From contig PEXK01000005.1 in the NCBI GenBank assembly GCA_002779075.1, forward strand, positions 1 to 13,461: a stretch of DNA of 13,461 bases, written 5' to 3'. The stretch's first letter is position 1. Each line of letters starts with the position of its first letter. Origin of the DNA: Candidatus Diapherotrites archaeon CG08_land_8_20_14_0_20_30_16. GTDB lineage: Archaea > Iainarchaeota > Iainarchaeia > Iainarchaeales > 0-14-0-20-30-16. The notes below the pieces were generated by a model. It did no database searches, was not told the DNA's origin, and was given only the letters and a program-made list of their open reading frames with translations. Below, in pieces: positions 1 through 6,487 of this stretch. Both the position numbers and the translations under genes were made by a program.

Positions 1-250
1 TCACTATATTTTTGCCTGTATTCTGGAATTCAGATAAACTTGCAAAAGATCCATCGCTCAAAGCTGTTTTTGCAATAGTTAATGAATCCAGATATGTGTT
101 TATTGTTGCATTTTTTTCATTAATTGTTGTAAATGCAAAGGCGAGGGCTGTAAAAAAAATCATTAATGCAAAAAACAAAGGTATCAAACTAGGAAGATCA
201 TCACCTATAGACCCTATAAACCCCCTTGAACTCTTTTTTACTTTTCTCAT
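1..250 (-). CDS. Small membrane protein, 5' part only (runs off the left edge); third gene of the pilin-like operon
   Basis: Absent from the supplied ORF track because it has no stop inside the window. The ATG at 250-248 directly abuts the TAA (253-251) of the upstream gene. There are 83 stop-free codons down to position 2, in very AT-rich DNA. Hand translation: MRKVKKSSRGFIGSIGDDLPSLIPLFFALMIFFTALAFAFTTINEKNATINTYLDSLTIAKTALSDGSFASLSEFQNTGKNIV..., that is a basic leader followed by one strongly hydrophobic helix. No family recognised. Confidence 0.6.
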   Translation of the reverse strand, partial: MRKVKKSSRGFIGSIGDDLPSLIPLFFALMIFFTALAFAFTTINEKNATINTYLDSLTIAKTALSDGSFASLSEFQNTGKNIV

Positions 251-937
251 TTAAGACCCTCCTGGTGTTGATGTTGGAAAGGGAACACAAAAGAAAGGAT
301 ATTTTGTGTCAGACGAATTGTAACTTTCATTTAATTCTGCCAATTTTATGTAACAATCATTAAAGGGACCGCTACATTCTTCAGATGCACTTGAACAATT
401 CCCTAAAGCTGATTGATCGTATTTGCAGCTTACAAAAAATAAATCTGTTTTTTCTTCATTATCCTCAAAAGCTCTGTTTTTTACCATATAAACAACATTA
501 TTTTGTGTTGGATCAATTGAAATCCCATCTACAGTCTGATTGTGTTCGCCAAGCAAAATAACTTGAGATTTGGTTCTGAAACTTTCCAACGCTATTAGCT
601 TTTTCGTCTGTTTATTGGATAATGAAAAAATAACAAAATTGTCTTCTAGTCCTGATGAAACAACATTAATGTCCATTATGTAATATATTGCAGTAAATGA
701 TGCATTTTCTGAGAGTCCAAAAATATCAATATATTTTGGCAAAATAACTTTTGTTGATGCGCACAAATTGTCAGATTCTGCCATATATTTTATTTGTTTA
801 GCAACAATATTACTTACTTGAATTGTTTCATCAGACAAAAAAACATCTTTCACACTACCAGAAAAATACAATAACAACCCAGCCATTGTAACTGCAAACA
901 TTAAAATTCCTAATTTGGAAATTATAAAATCAATCAT
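251..937 (-). CDS. Membrane-anchored, cysteine-rich extracellular protein (pilin-like or accessory subunit), function unknown
   Basis: 228-aa ORF. The N-terminal hydrophobic helix is MIDFIISKLGILMFAVTMAGLLLYF, followed by a polar ectodomain with 6 cysteines. Its ATG at 937 lies 1 nt after the stop (941-939) of the upstream gene, and its stop abuts the next ATG at 250. No clear K/R-G cleavage motif is present, so calling it a pilin is tentative. Confidence 0.65.
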   Translation of the reverse strand: MIDFIISKLGILMFAVTMAGLLLYFSGSVKDVFLSDETIQVSNIVAKQIKYMAESDNLCASTKVILPKYIDIFGLSENASFTAIYYIMDINVVSSGLEDNFVIFSLSNKQTKKLIALESFRTKSQVILLGEHNQTVDGISIDPTQNNVVYMVKNRAFEDNEEKTDLFFVSCKYDQSALGNCSSASEECSGPFNDCYIKLAELNESYNSSDTKYPFFCVPFPTSTPGGS

Positions 938-938
938 T

Positions 939-1544
939 TTAATCTACCTTTTTGGAAATACATAAAGTCGGTGCTTGGTTTGAACTGGATATGCTAATAT
1001 TTCCTATTTTGTATCTTCCATTTTTTAACCAAAGGCTTTTATCTCCTAATCCCACATTCCATTCTTTATCATTTATCTTATAGACTGGAGTGTTTGGAAA
1101 TGTATAACCAGTGTCAGGAGTACAATTTAAATTCAAAACAATTATTGGAGATATTTGAACACACGAATATCTTATTGGGTTTATTTTGTCTTTTTCATTT
1201 ATATATTTCAAAAGATAACAACTACCTGAAGAACCAGGGCAATAATTACTGCATATTGAATTATTTTGCATCTTTCCAAAAGCAACAATAAAACTAGAAC
1301 CAAAACAATATGGCACATCCAACAAAAAATCAGTTGATATTAATGTACTTGCAGATGCCTTTTCAATAGTCAGCTTTATGCCAGACATTGCCAAATCTAT
1401 GCTTTTTGAACACTTTGTATTAGACAATGATGACATTGCTAAAGTGCCAGCAACCAAAACAAAGCCCAACAAAATTACAGCAATCAGCACCTCAAAAACA
1501 GTATCTGCCTGACCTTTTTTGTCCTTAAGATATAAATTAGCCAT
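939..1544 (-). CDS. Archaeal type IV pilin-like protein with a class III (prepilin-type) signal peptide
   Basis: Start reassigned to the internal ATG at 1544 (M17 of the track ORF 939..1592), giving 201 aa. The N-terminus is MANLYLKDKKGQA-DTVFEVLIAVILLGFVLVAGTLAM: a short basic leader, then G-Q-A, then an uninterrupted hydrophobic helix with an early Glu. The rest is a polar ectodomain with 8 cysteines. The first 16 codons of the track ORF would overlap the divergent ATPase gene. Confidence 0.75.
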   Translation of the reverse strand: MANLYLKDKKGQADTVFEVLIAVILLGFVLVAGTLAMSSLSNTKCSKSIDLAMSGIKLTIEKASASTLISTDFLLDVPYCFGSSFIVAFGKMQNNSICSNYCPGSSGSCYLLKYINEKDKINPIRYSCVQISPIIVLNLNCTPDTGYTFPNTPVYKINDKEWNVGLGDKSLWLKNGRYKIGNISISSSNQAPTLCISKKVD

Positions 1545-1594
1545 GCATATAATAAAAAAGAACCAAATATAAATTTTTGCTTTATTTATCAATT
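1545..1594. promoter_or_regulatory. 50-bp divergent intergenic region with one central TATA-like element (AAATATAAATTT, 1565-1576)
   Basis: The AT-rich element is centred near 1570. That is about 25 nt from the ATG at 1595 (+) and about 25 nt from the ATG at 1544 (-), which matches archaeal TATA-to-TSS spacing if both mRNAs are leaderless. No SD-like motif precedes either start. Confidence 0.4.
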
Positions 1595-4174
1595 ATGTTT
1601 GATATTTTTGACACTATAGCACCAGGATATGAAGAAAACAAGAAAAACACATCAGAAAAAAAACCCAGAATAGTTATTAAATATGGCCCAAATGATTCAG
1701 AAACGAAAGTCTTGAAAAAAAGAGGAAGAAAAAAGGCTATAGAAACAAAACTTGAGCAAGAAACTCAGAATATTTCTGAGGGATCACAAGAACAAGAAAC
1801 TAATTTGCCGGTATATAATGATGAAAACTTAAATGAAAATCAATCACAAAGTGATGAGCAAGAAGAGCTTAGTGTCGAGGACGTTCCTCTTACTTTTTTG
1901 GAAAATCCTGAAACTGGGCATGCAATAGTTGGAAGAAAAACAAGCGTATTCAACAAATATGGTGAAGAAGCAGCATTATATTTAGGCAAAGTAAATGAGC
2001 CAGGATATCCAGAAAAAGAAGTTTATTTTGATTCATTAGATCCTCAAGTAATTTTTGTTTGTGGTAGTCGTGGATCAGGAAAATCCTATAGTCTGGGAAT
2101 TATTGCAGAAGAATTAGCCTTAAAAAATAAAAATGTTGGGCAGATTGTAATAGACCCTGTTGGTGTTTTTTGGAGTATGAAATATCCAAATAAAGAAGAC
2201 AAAGAAATCCTAGAATTGGAGAGGTTTGGTTTAGAGCCAAAGGGTTTGGAAAATGTTGTTGTTTTTGTGCCTGAAGGCGCTATTGATAAAATACCTAAAG
2301 AAACATATGATTCAACAATAACAATTCAACCTGCTTTTTTGACTGCTGATGATTGGTCTTTAACTTTTGGTATTGATAGGTTTTCGCCATCTGGTCTTTT
2401 GCTTGAAAAGGTTGTTAAAAAGGTAAGAGATGGATACAGGGCAATAAATGGTTTAATTTTCAAACCAAAAGGTGACAATTTTGATTTAAATGATATTATT
2501 TACAGTTTGGAAAATGATGCAGAAATAAATTCAAGGGAAAAGGGGTATAGAAAAGAATCTGTCAGAGCTTTAGTTTCAAGATTCGAAGCTGCAAAAACAT
2601 GGGGCATCTTCTCAAAAAAGGGGACGCCTTTGATTGAACTTTCTGTACCTGGGCAATTAACAATAATAGATACGAGTTTTTTGGAGGAAAATGTTTCTGC
2701 TCTGCTTGTTGGAATAATTGCACGTAGAATATTAACTGCAAGAAAATTGAGTTCAAGAAAAGAAGCAAGTAAGAAAATCAATGAAGAATTGCCACGTGTT
2801 GATTTAGAAAATGATGTTCCACCAACCTGGTTGTTTATAGATGAAGGCCACACATTAATTCCTTCAGGAAGTTTAGCAACTCCTGCTTCTAAAGCAATAA
2901 TAGAATATGTAAAACAAGGCAGGAAACCTAGCTGTTCATTAGTTGTTGCAACTCAACAGCCAAGTGCAATTGATAGCAGAGTATTGTCTCAAGTTGGTAC
3001 TTTAATTACTTACAAATTAGTTTTTGATGATGATATTAAAGCAGTATTTAGAAGAATGCCTACCATTGTACCAAAAAGATTCAAAGATCCTAGTTTTATA
3101 AAAAAATTGAGTATCGGTGTTCCTCTTGTAGCAGATAAAATGGAAACAACAAGCAGAGCATTTGTTATAAACATCAGACCAAGAATGAGTCAGCACGAAG
3201 GAAGAGAAATACAAACAGCAGAATCAGTAATAAATTTGTCAGAAGAAGAAATATTAAAATTAATGGTCAATATTACAAAAAATAAAATAAGGCAATTTGA
3301 AGAATTGGATGTTCTTTCATTGAAAACTTTATTGAAGATTTTGAATATGAAATACAAAACAGATATTTTGTTTGAAAAATTCTCAGACTTACTTTTAGCA
3401 AATGATGTTATATTTGAAAAAGAAAAATATTTTATGATAAAGGAATCGGAAACTGAACACTATGAAGAAACAGTTAATTATCACATAATAGAACCGCAAT
3501 TTGAAGAAGATGCAATTATTGGATTTATAAAAAGAGGTACTGGCTGGTCAGATTTTGTTACAAAAAAAGTTTACAGGCCAATTTTCAAAGTTAATTATAA
3601 AATATTTAATGACGATGGATGTTTTGTTGACAATTGTTGTTACATTGATCCAATAAAGGTTGAATTTTTGCATTATTTAGATAAAGAGTTTGCATATTCT
3701 TCAGGCCTCAGCATATTAAGAACATTAGATGCAGATGATATTCACATTTTATTGGGATTGCCAAAAAAACAAGGATTTGACATGGATTTTTTAAAAGAAA
3801 CCTTTGCATTTGGAGACATAAAATTAAAAAACACAATGGATAGATTGGCAGGAATTGGATTGGTGCGTAAAGAAAAACGAGGAACAAAAAATGTTTATTT
3901 TATTATAAAGAATTTGGAAGTGCCTACTAACCCTCTTCACAAAGCCCTTAATACATTAGATGACCTACCAGTAATTAATGAACCTGTTAAAAGGGAAGAC
4001 ATTTTAGAAGCAAGAGCAACATTTGAAACTGTCCGCAATGTATTAGGTACCTTGTGGGAAACAATAAGAATTGAAGATATCGAAACTCTTTTGAAGCTCG
4101 AACTCCTGGCAACAAACACAGATACAAAAGAAACAATAATCTTTGATTGCCACACAGGTAAAAAGATTAATTAA
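1595..4174 (+). CDS. FtsK/HerA-superfamily (DUF87-like) P-loop ATPase with a disordered N-terminal region and a C-terminal wHTH-containing extension
   Basis: 859 aa from the ATG at 1595; the track uses a TTG at 1577. Walker A is VIFVCGSRGSGKSYS (GSRGSGKS encoded at 2063-2086). Walker B is PTWLFIDEGHTLIP (LFIDEGH encoded at 2831-2851). The sensor motif VVATQQPSAIDSRVLSQVGTLITYKL resembles the FtsK ATQRPS and HerA QRPS motifs. The first 110 aa or so are low-complexity and K/E/Q/N-rich. About 300 aa follow the ATPase core and include LAGIGLVRKEKRGTKNVYFII, which looks like a recognition helix plus wing (around nt 3720-3910). No transmembrane segment and no obvious HAS-barrel. Confidence 0.85.
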   Translation: MFDIFDTIAPGYEENKKNTSEKKPRIVIKYGPNDSETKVLKKRGRKKAIETKLEQETQNISEGSQEQETNLPVYNDENLNENQSQSDEQEELSVEDVPLTFLENPETGHAIVGRKTSVFNKYGEEAALYLGKVNEPGYPEKEVYFDSLDPQVIFVCGSRGSGKSYSLGIIAEELALKNKNVGQIVIDPVGVFWSMKYPNKEDKEILELERFGLEPKGLENVVVFVPEGAIDKIPKETYDSTITIQPAFLTADDWSLTFGIDRFSPSGLLLEKVVKKVRDGYRAINGLIFKPKGDNFDLNDIIYSLENDAEINSREKGYRKESVRALVSRFEAAKTWGIFSKKGTPLIELSVPGQLTIIDTSFLEENVSALLVGIIARRILTARKLSSRKEASKKINEELPRVDLENDVPPTWLFIDEGHTLIPSGSLATPASKAIIEYVKQGRKPSCSLVVATQQPSAIDSRVLSQVGTLITYKLVFDDDIKAVFRRMPTIVPKRFKDPSFIKKLSIGVPLVADKMETTSRAFVINIRPRMSQHEGREIQTAESVINLSEEEILKLMVNITKNKIRQFEELDVLSLKTLLKILNMKYKTDILFEKFSDLLLANDVIFEKEKYFMIKESETEHYEETVNYHIIEPQFEEDAIIGFIKRGTGWSDFVTKKVYRPIFKVNYKIFNDDGCFVDNCCYIDPIKVEFLHYLDKEFAYSSGLSILRTLDADDIHILLGLPKKQGFDMDFLKETFAFGDIKLKNTMDRLAGIGLVRKEKRGTKNVYFIIKNLEVPTNPLHKALNTLDDLPVINEPVKREDILEARATFETVRNVLGTLWETIRIEDIETLLKLELLATNTDTKETIIFDCHTGKKIN

Positions 4175-4225
4175 GACCTATTTTTGTTTTACAAAAAAAT
4201 AACAAATAATGTAAAAACATATATT
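4175..4225. terminator. Bidirectional oligo-T terminator region between convergent genes
   Basis: Plus strand: CTATTTTTGTTTT at 4178-4190, right after the stop at 4172-4174. The A-runs at 4193-4199 and 4213-4217 read as T-runs for the minus-strand gene ending at 4226. Archaeal termination typically uses oligo-T tracts. Confidence 0.4.
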
Positions 4226-5464
4226 CTAATTATCAGTCGATTTCAAGTCTTTGGCATAAACTGTTTTGCCAAATACTGCACTTCTTGCAAAAAATAGTTT
4301 GTAAATGATCAAAATAAAAACAATAATAACAACAAGGAAAATAATCCATCCTGCAAAACCAGAGCCAAAGCTGAACAACCCAGAAACTGATTTGCCAACA
4401 CTTAACTTTGGCTTGTTTTCATCCAAACCAGCCCCTAAAAGATTATTATCTTGCAAATCAATTTGTTTGTATAAATTACCATCCAAGTATATATCTGCAT
4501 TTTTATCTACAGAATCTGCTTGAAAGAAATATGTTTGATTTGGCTGTAAAAACATTGAAAAAGTTTTTGCCTGTGTGTTTATATCCAAAGTAACAATATC
4601 TGTTCCTACATTTGTAATCTCAACAGAATTTAAATTTTTATTGTATGCAATCAAAATATCTTGTGTCTTCAACGTAACATTTATTTGTCCTAAATCTAAT
4701 TGATTTCCTGTTGATTGTTCTTGTGCATACAAATATATTGGTGTATAAACTATTGCATAGTTTTCATCAAGTTCAACAGTCATCAATATATTTCTTGATT
4801 CTCCTTTTTTCAAAAAGAATTGCCCAGTATTAAAAGAAACCAACACATTATTTTTGTCTGTTGAGTCAACAATTGCGTTCATCGAAAAAGTTGATGCAGA
4901 GCCCGTGTTTTCAAACTTCAACAAAAGTGTTTGTTTTTCTCCAGCCCCTAACAATATATTTCTTGTGGATATGTCTTCCAAAACCAACTTTGGTTGTTCA
5001 TTTGTATATTTAGTTGTTTGAAAAACAATTTTTTCTTTAGGAACCACCTTCACATTTATTTGTGTTAATTTTTCATTTACAATGCCACCATACAAAACCT
5101 TTGTTATCAAAACAACAGGATAATCTCCTGGTTCTATGTTGCTTACATTAATATACAAAGGGAGAATGAAATCAGAATAAGTCTCTAATTTGGGGCTGAT
5201 TTTAGCACCAATTCCTTGTGGAGAAAAAGTACTGAAAAAGAAAGGCAATGCTTCATTAGTGTTTACCTTATAATCTATATTTAAAGTGTAGGCTGTTCCT
5301 TGCTGTAGTGTTAGTTCATTACTTTCAGGATATATTTCATAATTCAAAGTGTAGCTTGAAGGCATTGTTCTTGCAAATGACAAAAGTAATAAGCCAAATA
5401 CAACAATTATTAAACCTTCAATCAAAATCGTTATATTGTTTGTTTCCCAACCCATAATATTCAC
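4226..5464 (-). CDS. Cell-surface protein with several beta-sandwich (CARDB/COG1470-like) domains and N- and C-terminal transmembrane segments
   Basis: 412-aa ORF with a GTG at 5464; an alternative ATG sits at 5455. N-terminal TM: ITILIEGLIIVVFGLLLLSFA. C-terminal TM: GWIIFLVVIIVFILIIYKLFF. Between them are beta-rich, N/T/Q-rich repeated modules with motifs typical of archaeal surface Ig-like domains (EPGDYPVVLITKV, GEKQTLLLKFENTGSAS). The family assignment comes from pattern memory only. Confidence 0.75.
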   Translation of the reverse strand: MNIMGWETNNITILIEGLIIVVFGLLLLSFARTMPSSYTLNYEIYPESNELTLQQGTAYTLNIDYKVNTNEALPFFFSTFSPQGIGAKISPKLETYSDFILPLYINVSNIEPGDYPVVLITKVLYGGIVNEKLTQINVKVVPKEKIVFQTTKYTNEQPKLVLEDISTRNILLGAGEKQTLLLKFENTGSASTFSMNAIVDSTDKNNVLVSFNTGQFFLKKGESRNILMTVELDENYAIVYTPIYLYAQEQSTGNQLDLGQINVTLKTQDILIAYNKNLNSVEITNVGTDIVTLDINTQAKTFSMFLQPNQTYFFQADSVDKNADIYLDGNLYKQIDLQDNNLLGAGLDENKPKLSVGKSVSGLFSFGSGFAGWIIFLVVIIVFILIIYKLFFARSAVFGKTVYAKDLKSTDN

Positions 5465-5573
5465 TTCTAACTATATCTTTTGATGAGAAAGGTTTTTAAA
5501 TGTATTTATCATTTCACTCAGGCAATCAACTTTAGGCTCTAGATTTAAAAAGCCTTATTTGTATATATAATGT
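5465..5573. promoter_or_regulatory. Divergent promoter region with two identical inverted TTTAAAAA boxes
   Basis: TTTAAAAA occurs on the + strand at 5544-5551, centred about 26 nt upstream of the ATG at 5574 (leaderless geometry). The same octamer occurs on the - strand at 5493-5500, 32-41 nt upstream of the GTG at 5464 or the ATG at 5455. Confidence 0.4.
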
Positions 5574-6359
5574 ATGAAGATGCTTTTCTGGCTATTTTGT
5601 TGTTTGATTTTAATCTTTTTCCTGTCTAATTTGTCTTGTCAAGGAACAGAGATAAACATAGATGTTGTTGACAATGCCCCGTATATAGATTTTACATTGA
5701 AGTTTGATTCTAATTTCACAACGACATTGCCAGACTTTGAAAGCATAATTTATATAAAAGTGTTGCCTAAGGACATAAACTATGTTTTAAACAGTTCGAA
5801 AGTAGTAGTTAATGCAAATGAAAAAGGCATCTTAATTTTAAAATATAAAGGCACAGAATTTTTAGAAGGCGCAAAAACTTTAGAAAAAACTTTTAATTTT
5901 GATTTGTTACCCCCAACAACTATAACACTTAATGCAGATAAAAAAATATTTGAATTAAACCCAGAATATACAGTCGACGAAAACTCTTATGTGTGGCAGA
6001 CAAATGAAAAGAATTTTCTTGTGCATATTGCATTAGAAAAAGAGGGTGTTGATTTCAAATACTGGATTATTATTTTGATTTGTATAATTATTGTTCTTGT
6101 TTTAATACTACCAAAAATAATAAAGAACTATAAAAGAGAAGAAAAACAAAATCTTTATTTAGATTCAACACAAAAAAACATTTTAGATTTTGTCAAAAAG
6201 AAAAAAAGCATAACCCAGCAGGAAATTGCAAACTCATTGCAAATAAAAAAGAGCAATATGAGTAAGATATTAAACAAAATGGAACGCAACTCTTTAATAG
6301 AAAGAAAAAAAGTTGGCAAAGTAAATAAAGTTGTACTGGCAGAGAAAAAAGAAAATTAG
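5574..6359 (+). CDS. Single-pass transmembrane transcription regulator: signal peptide, extracellular domain, TM helix and a cytoplasmic MarR/ArsR-like wHTH
   Basis: 261 aa. N-terminal signal: MKMLFWLFCCLILIFFLSNLSC. An extracellular domain of about 140 aa is followed by the TM helix YWIIILICIIIVLVLILPKII. The C-terminal part, STQKNILDFVKKKKSITQQEIANSLQIKKSNMSKILNKMERNSLIERKKVGKVNKVVL, has the classic wHTH layout of helix 2, recognition helix and wing. Confidence 0.8.
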   Translation: MKMLFWLFCCLILIFFLSNLSCQGTEINIDVVDNAPYIDFTLKFDSNFTTTLPDFESIIYIKVLPKDINYVLNSSKVVVNANEKGILILKYKGTEFLEGAKTLEKTFNFDLLPPTTITLNADKKIFELNPEYTVDENSYVWQTNEKNFLVHIALEKEGVDFKYWIIILICIIIVLVLILPKIIKNYKREEKQNLYLDSTQKNILDFVKKKKSITQQEIANSLQIKKSNMSKILNKMERNSLIERKKVGKVNKVVLAEKKEN

Positions 6360-6398
6360 TTTTCTTTCTTTTTGTGAGACTTTGTACCAAAAAGGATA

Positions 6399-6451
6399 GT
6401 TTCCAACAGTTTCCGAATAAGTATATATATGGTTTCCAATTCCTATATATT
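6399..6451 (+). promoter_or_regulatory. Three direct GTTTCC(A/G)A repeats interleaved with two TATA-like boxes; candidate operator and promoter of the downstream secreted-protein operon
   Basis: GTTTCCAA at 6399-6406, GTTTCCGA at 6409-6416 and GTTTCCAA at 6432-6439, with spacings of 10 bp and 23 bp. GTATATATAT lies at 6421-6430 and TATATATT at 6444-6451. Together, 6409-6430 and 6432-6451 look like an imperfect tandem duplication of about 22 bp. The second TATA box would place the TSS near 6473, leaving a short leader that contains GGGGGG (6475-6480) before the ATG at 6488. Confidence 0.45.
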
Positions 6452-6487
6452 GAAATTTAATTAAAATTGCACAAGGGGGGCGTAATT

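Noticed and set aside
12-254. Track ORF of 80 aa on the + strand at the left edge
   Set aside because: It lies exactly antisense to an 83-codon open frame on the minus strand. That minus-strand frame starts at an ATG abutting the upstream gene's stop and encodes a clean basic-leader-plus-TM-helix protein. The + ORF has no start context and a low-complexity hydrophobic translation, so it is treated as a shadow ORF.
1545-1592. N-terminal extensions in the ORF track: 939..1592 (first 16 aa), 1577 TTG, 6467 TTG, 7386 ATG and 11666 ATG
   Set aside because: The extended starts would make divergent genes overlap (1577-1592). They would also bury signal peptides behind odd leaders (MHKGGVI-, MKMLTMRVLKMQMRVIK-) or extend dnaK into grpE. 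The downstream ATGs have SD motifs or leaderless TATA spacing and give canonical N-termini.
1595-4174. The ATPase as the canonical DNA-repair helicase HerA
   Set aside because: No nurA, mre11 or rad50 is adjacent, although those genes normally form an operon with herA in archaea. No HAS-barrel-like N-domain is apparent, and the protein has long extra N- and C-terminal regions. It is therefore called only at superfamily level.
4226-4400. C-terminus of the 412-aa surface protein as a PGF-CTERM/archaeosortase sorting signal
   Set aside because: The sequence GSGFAGWIIFLVVIIVFILIIYKLFFARS superficially resembles PGF plus a TM helix plus basic residues. However, the Pro is missing, and about 20 further residues (AVFGKTVYAKDLKSTDN) follow the basic patch, unlike the short tails of sorting signals. 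It is treated as an ordinary C-terminal membrane anchor.
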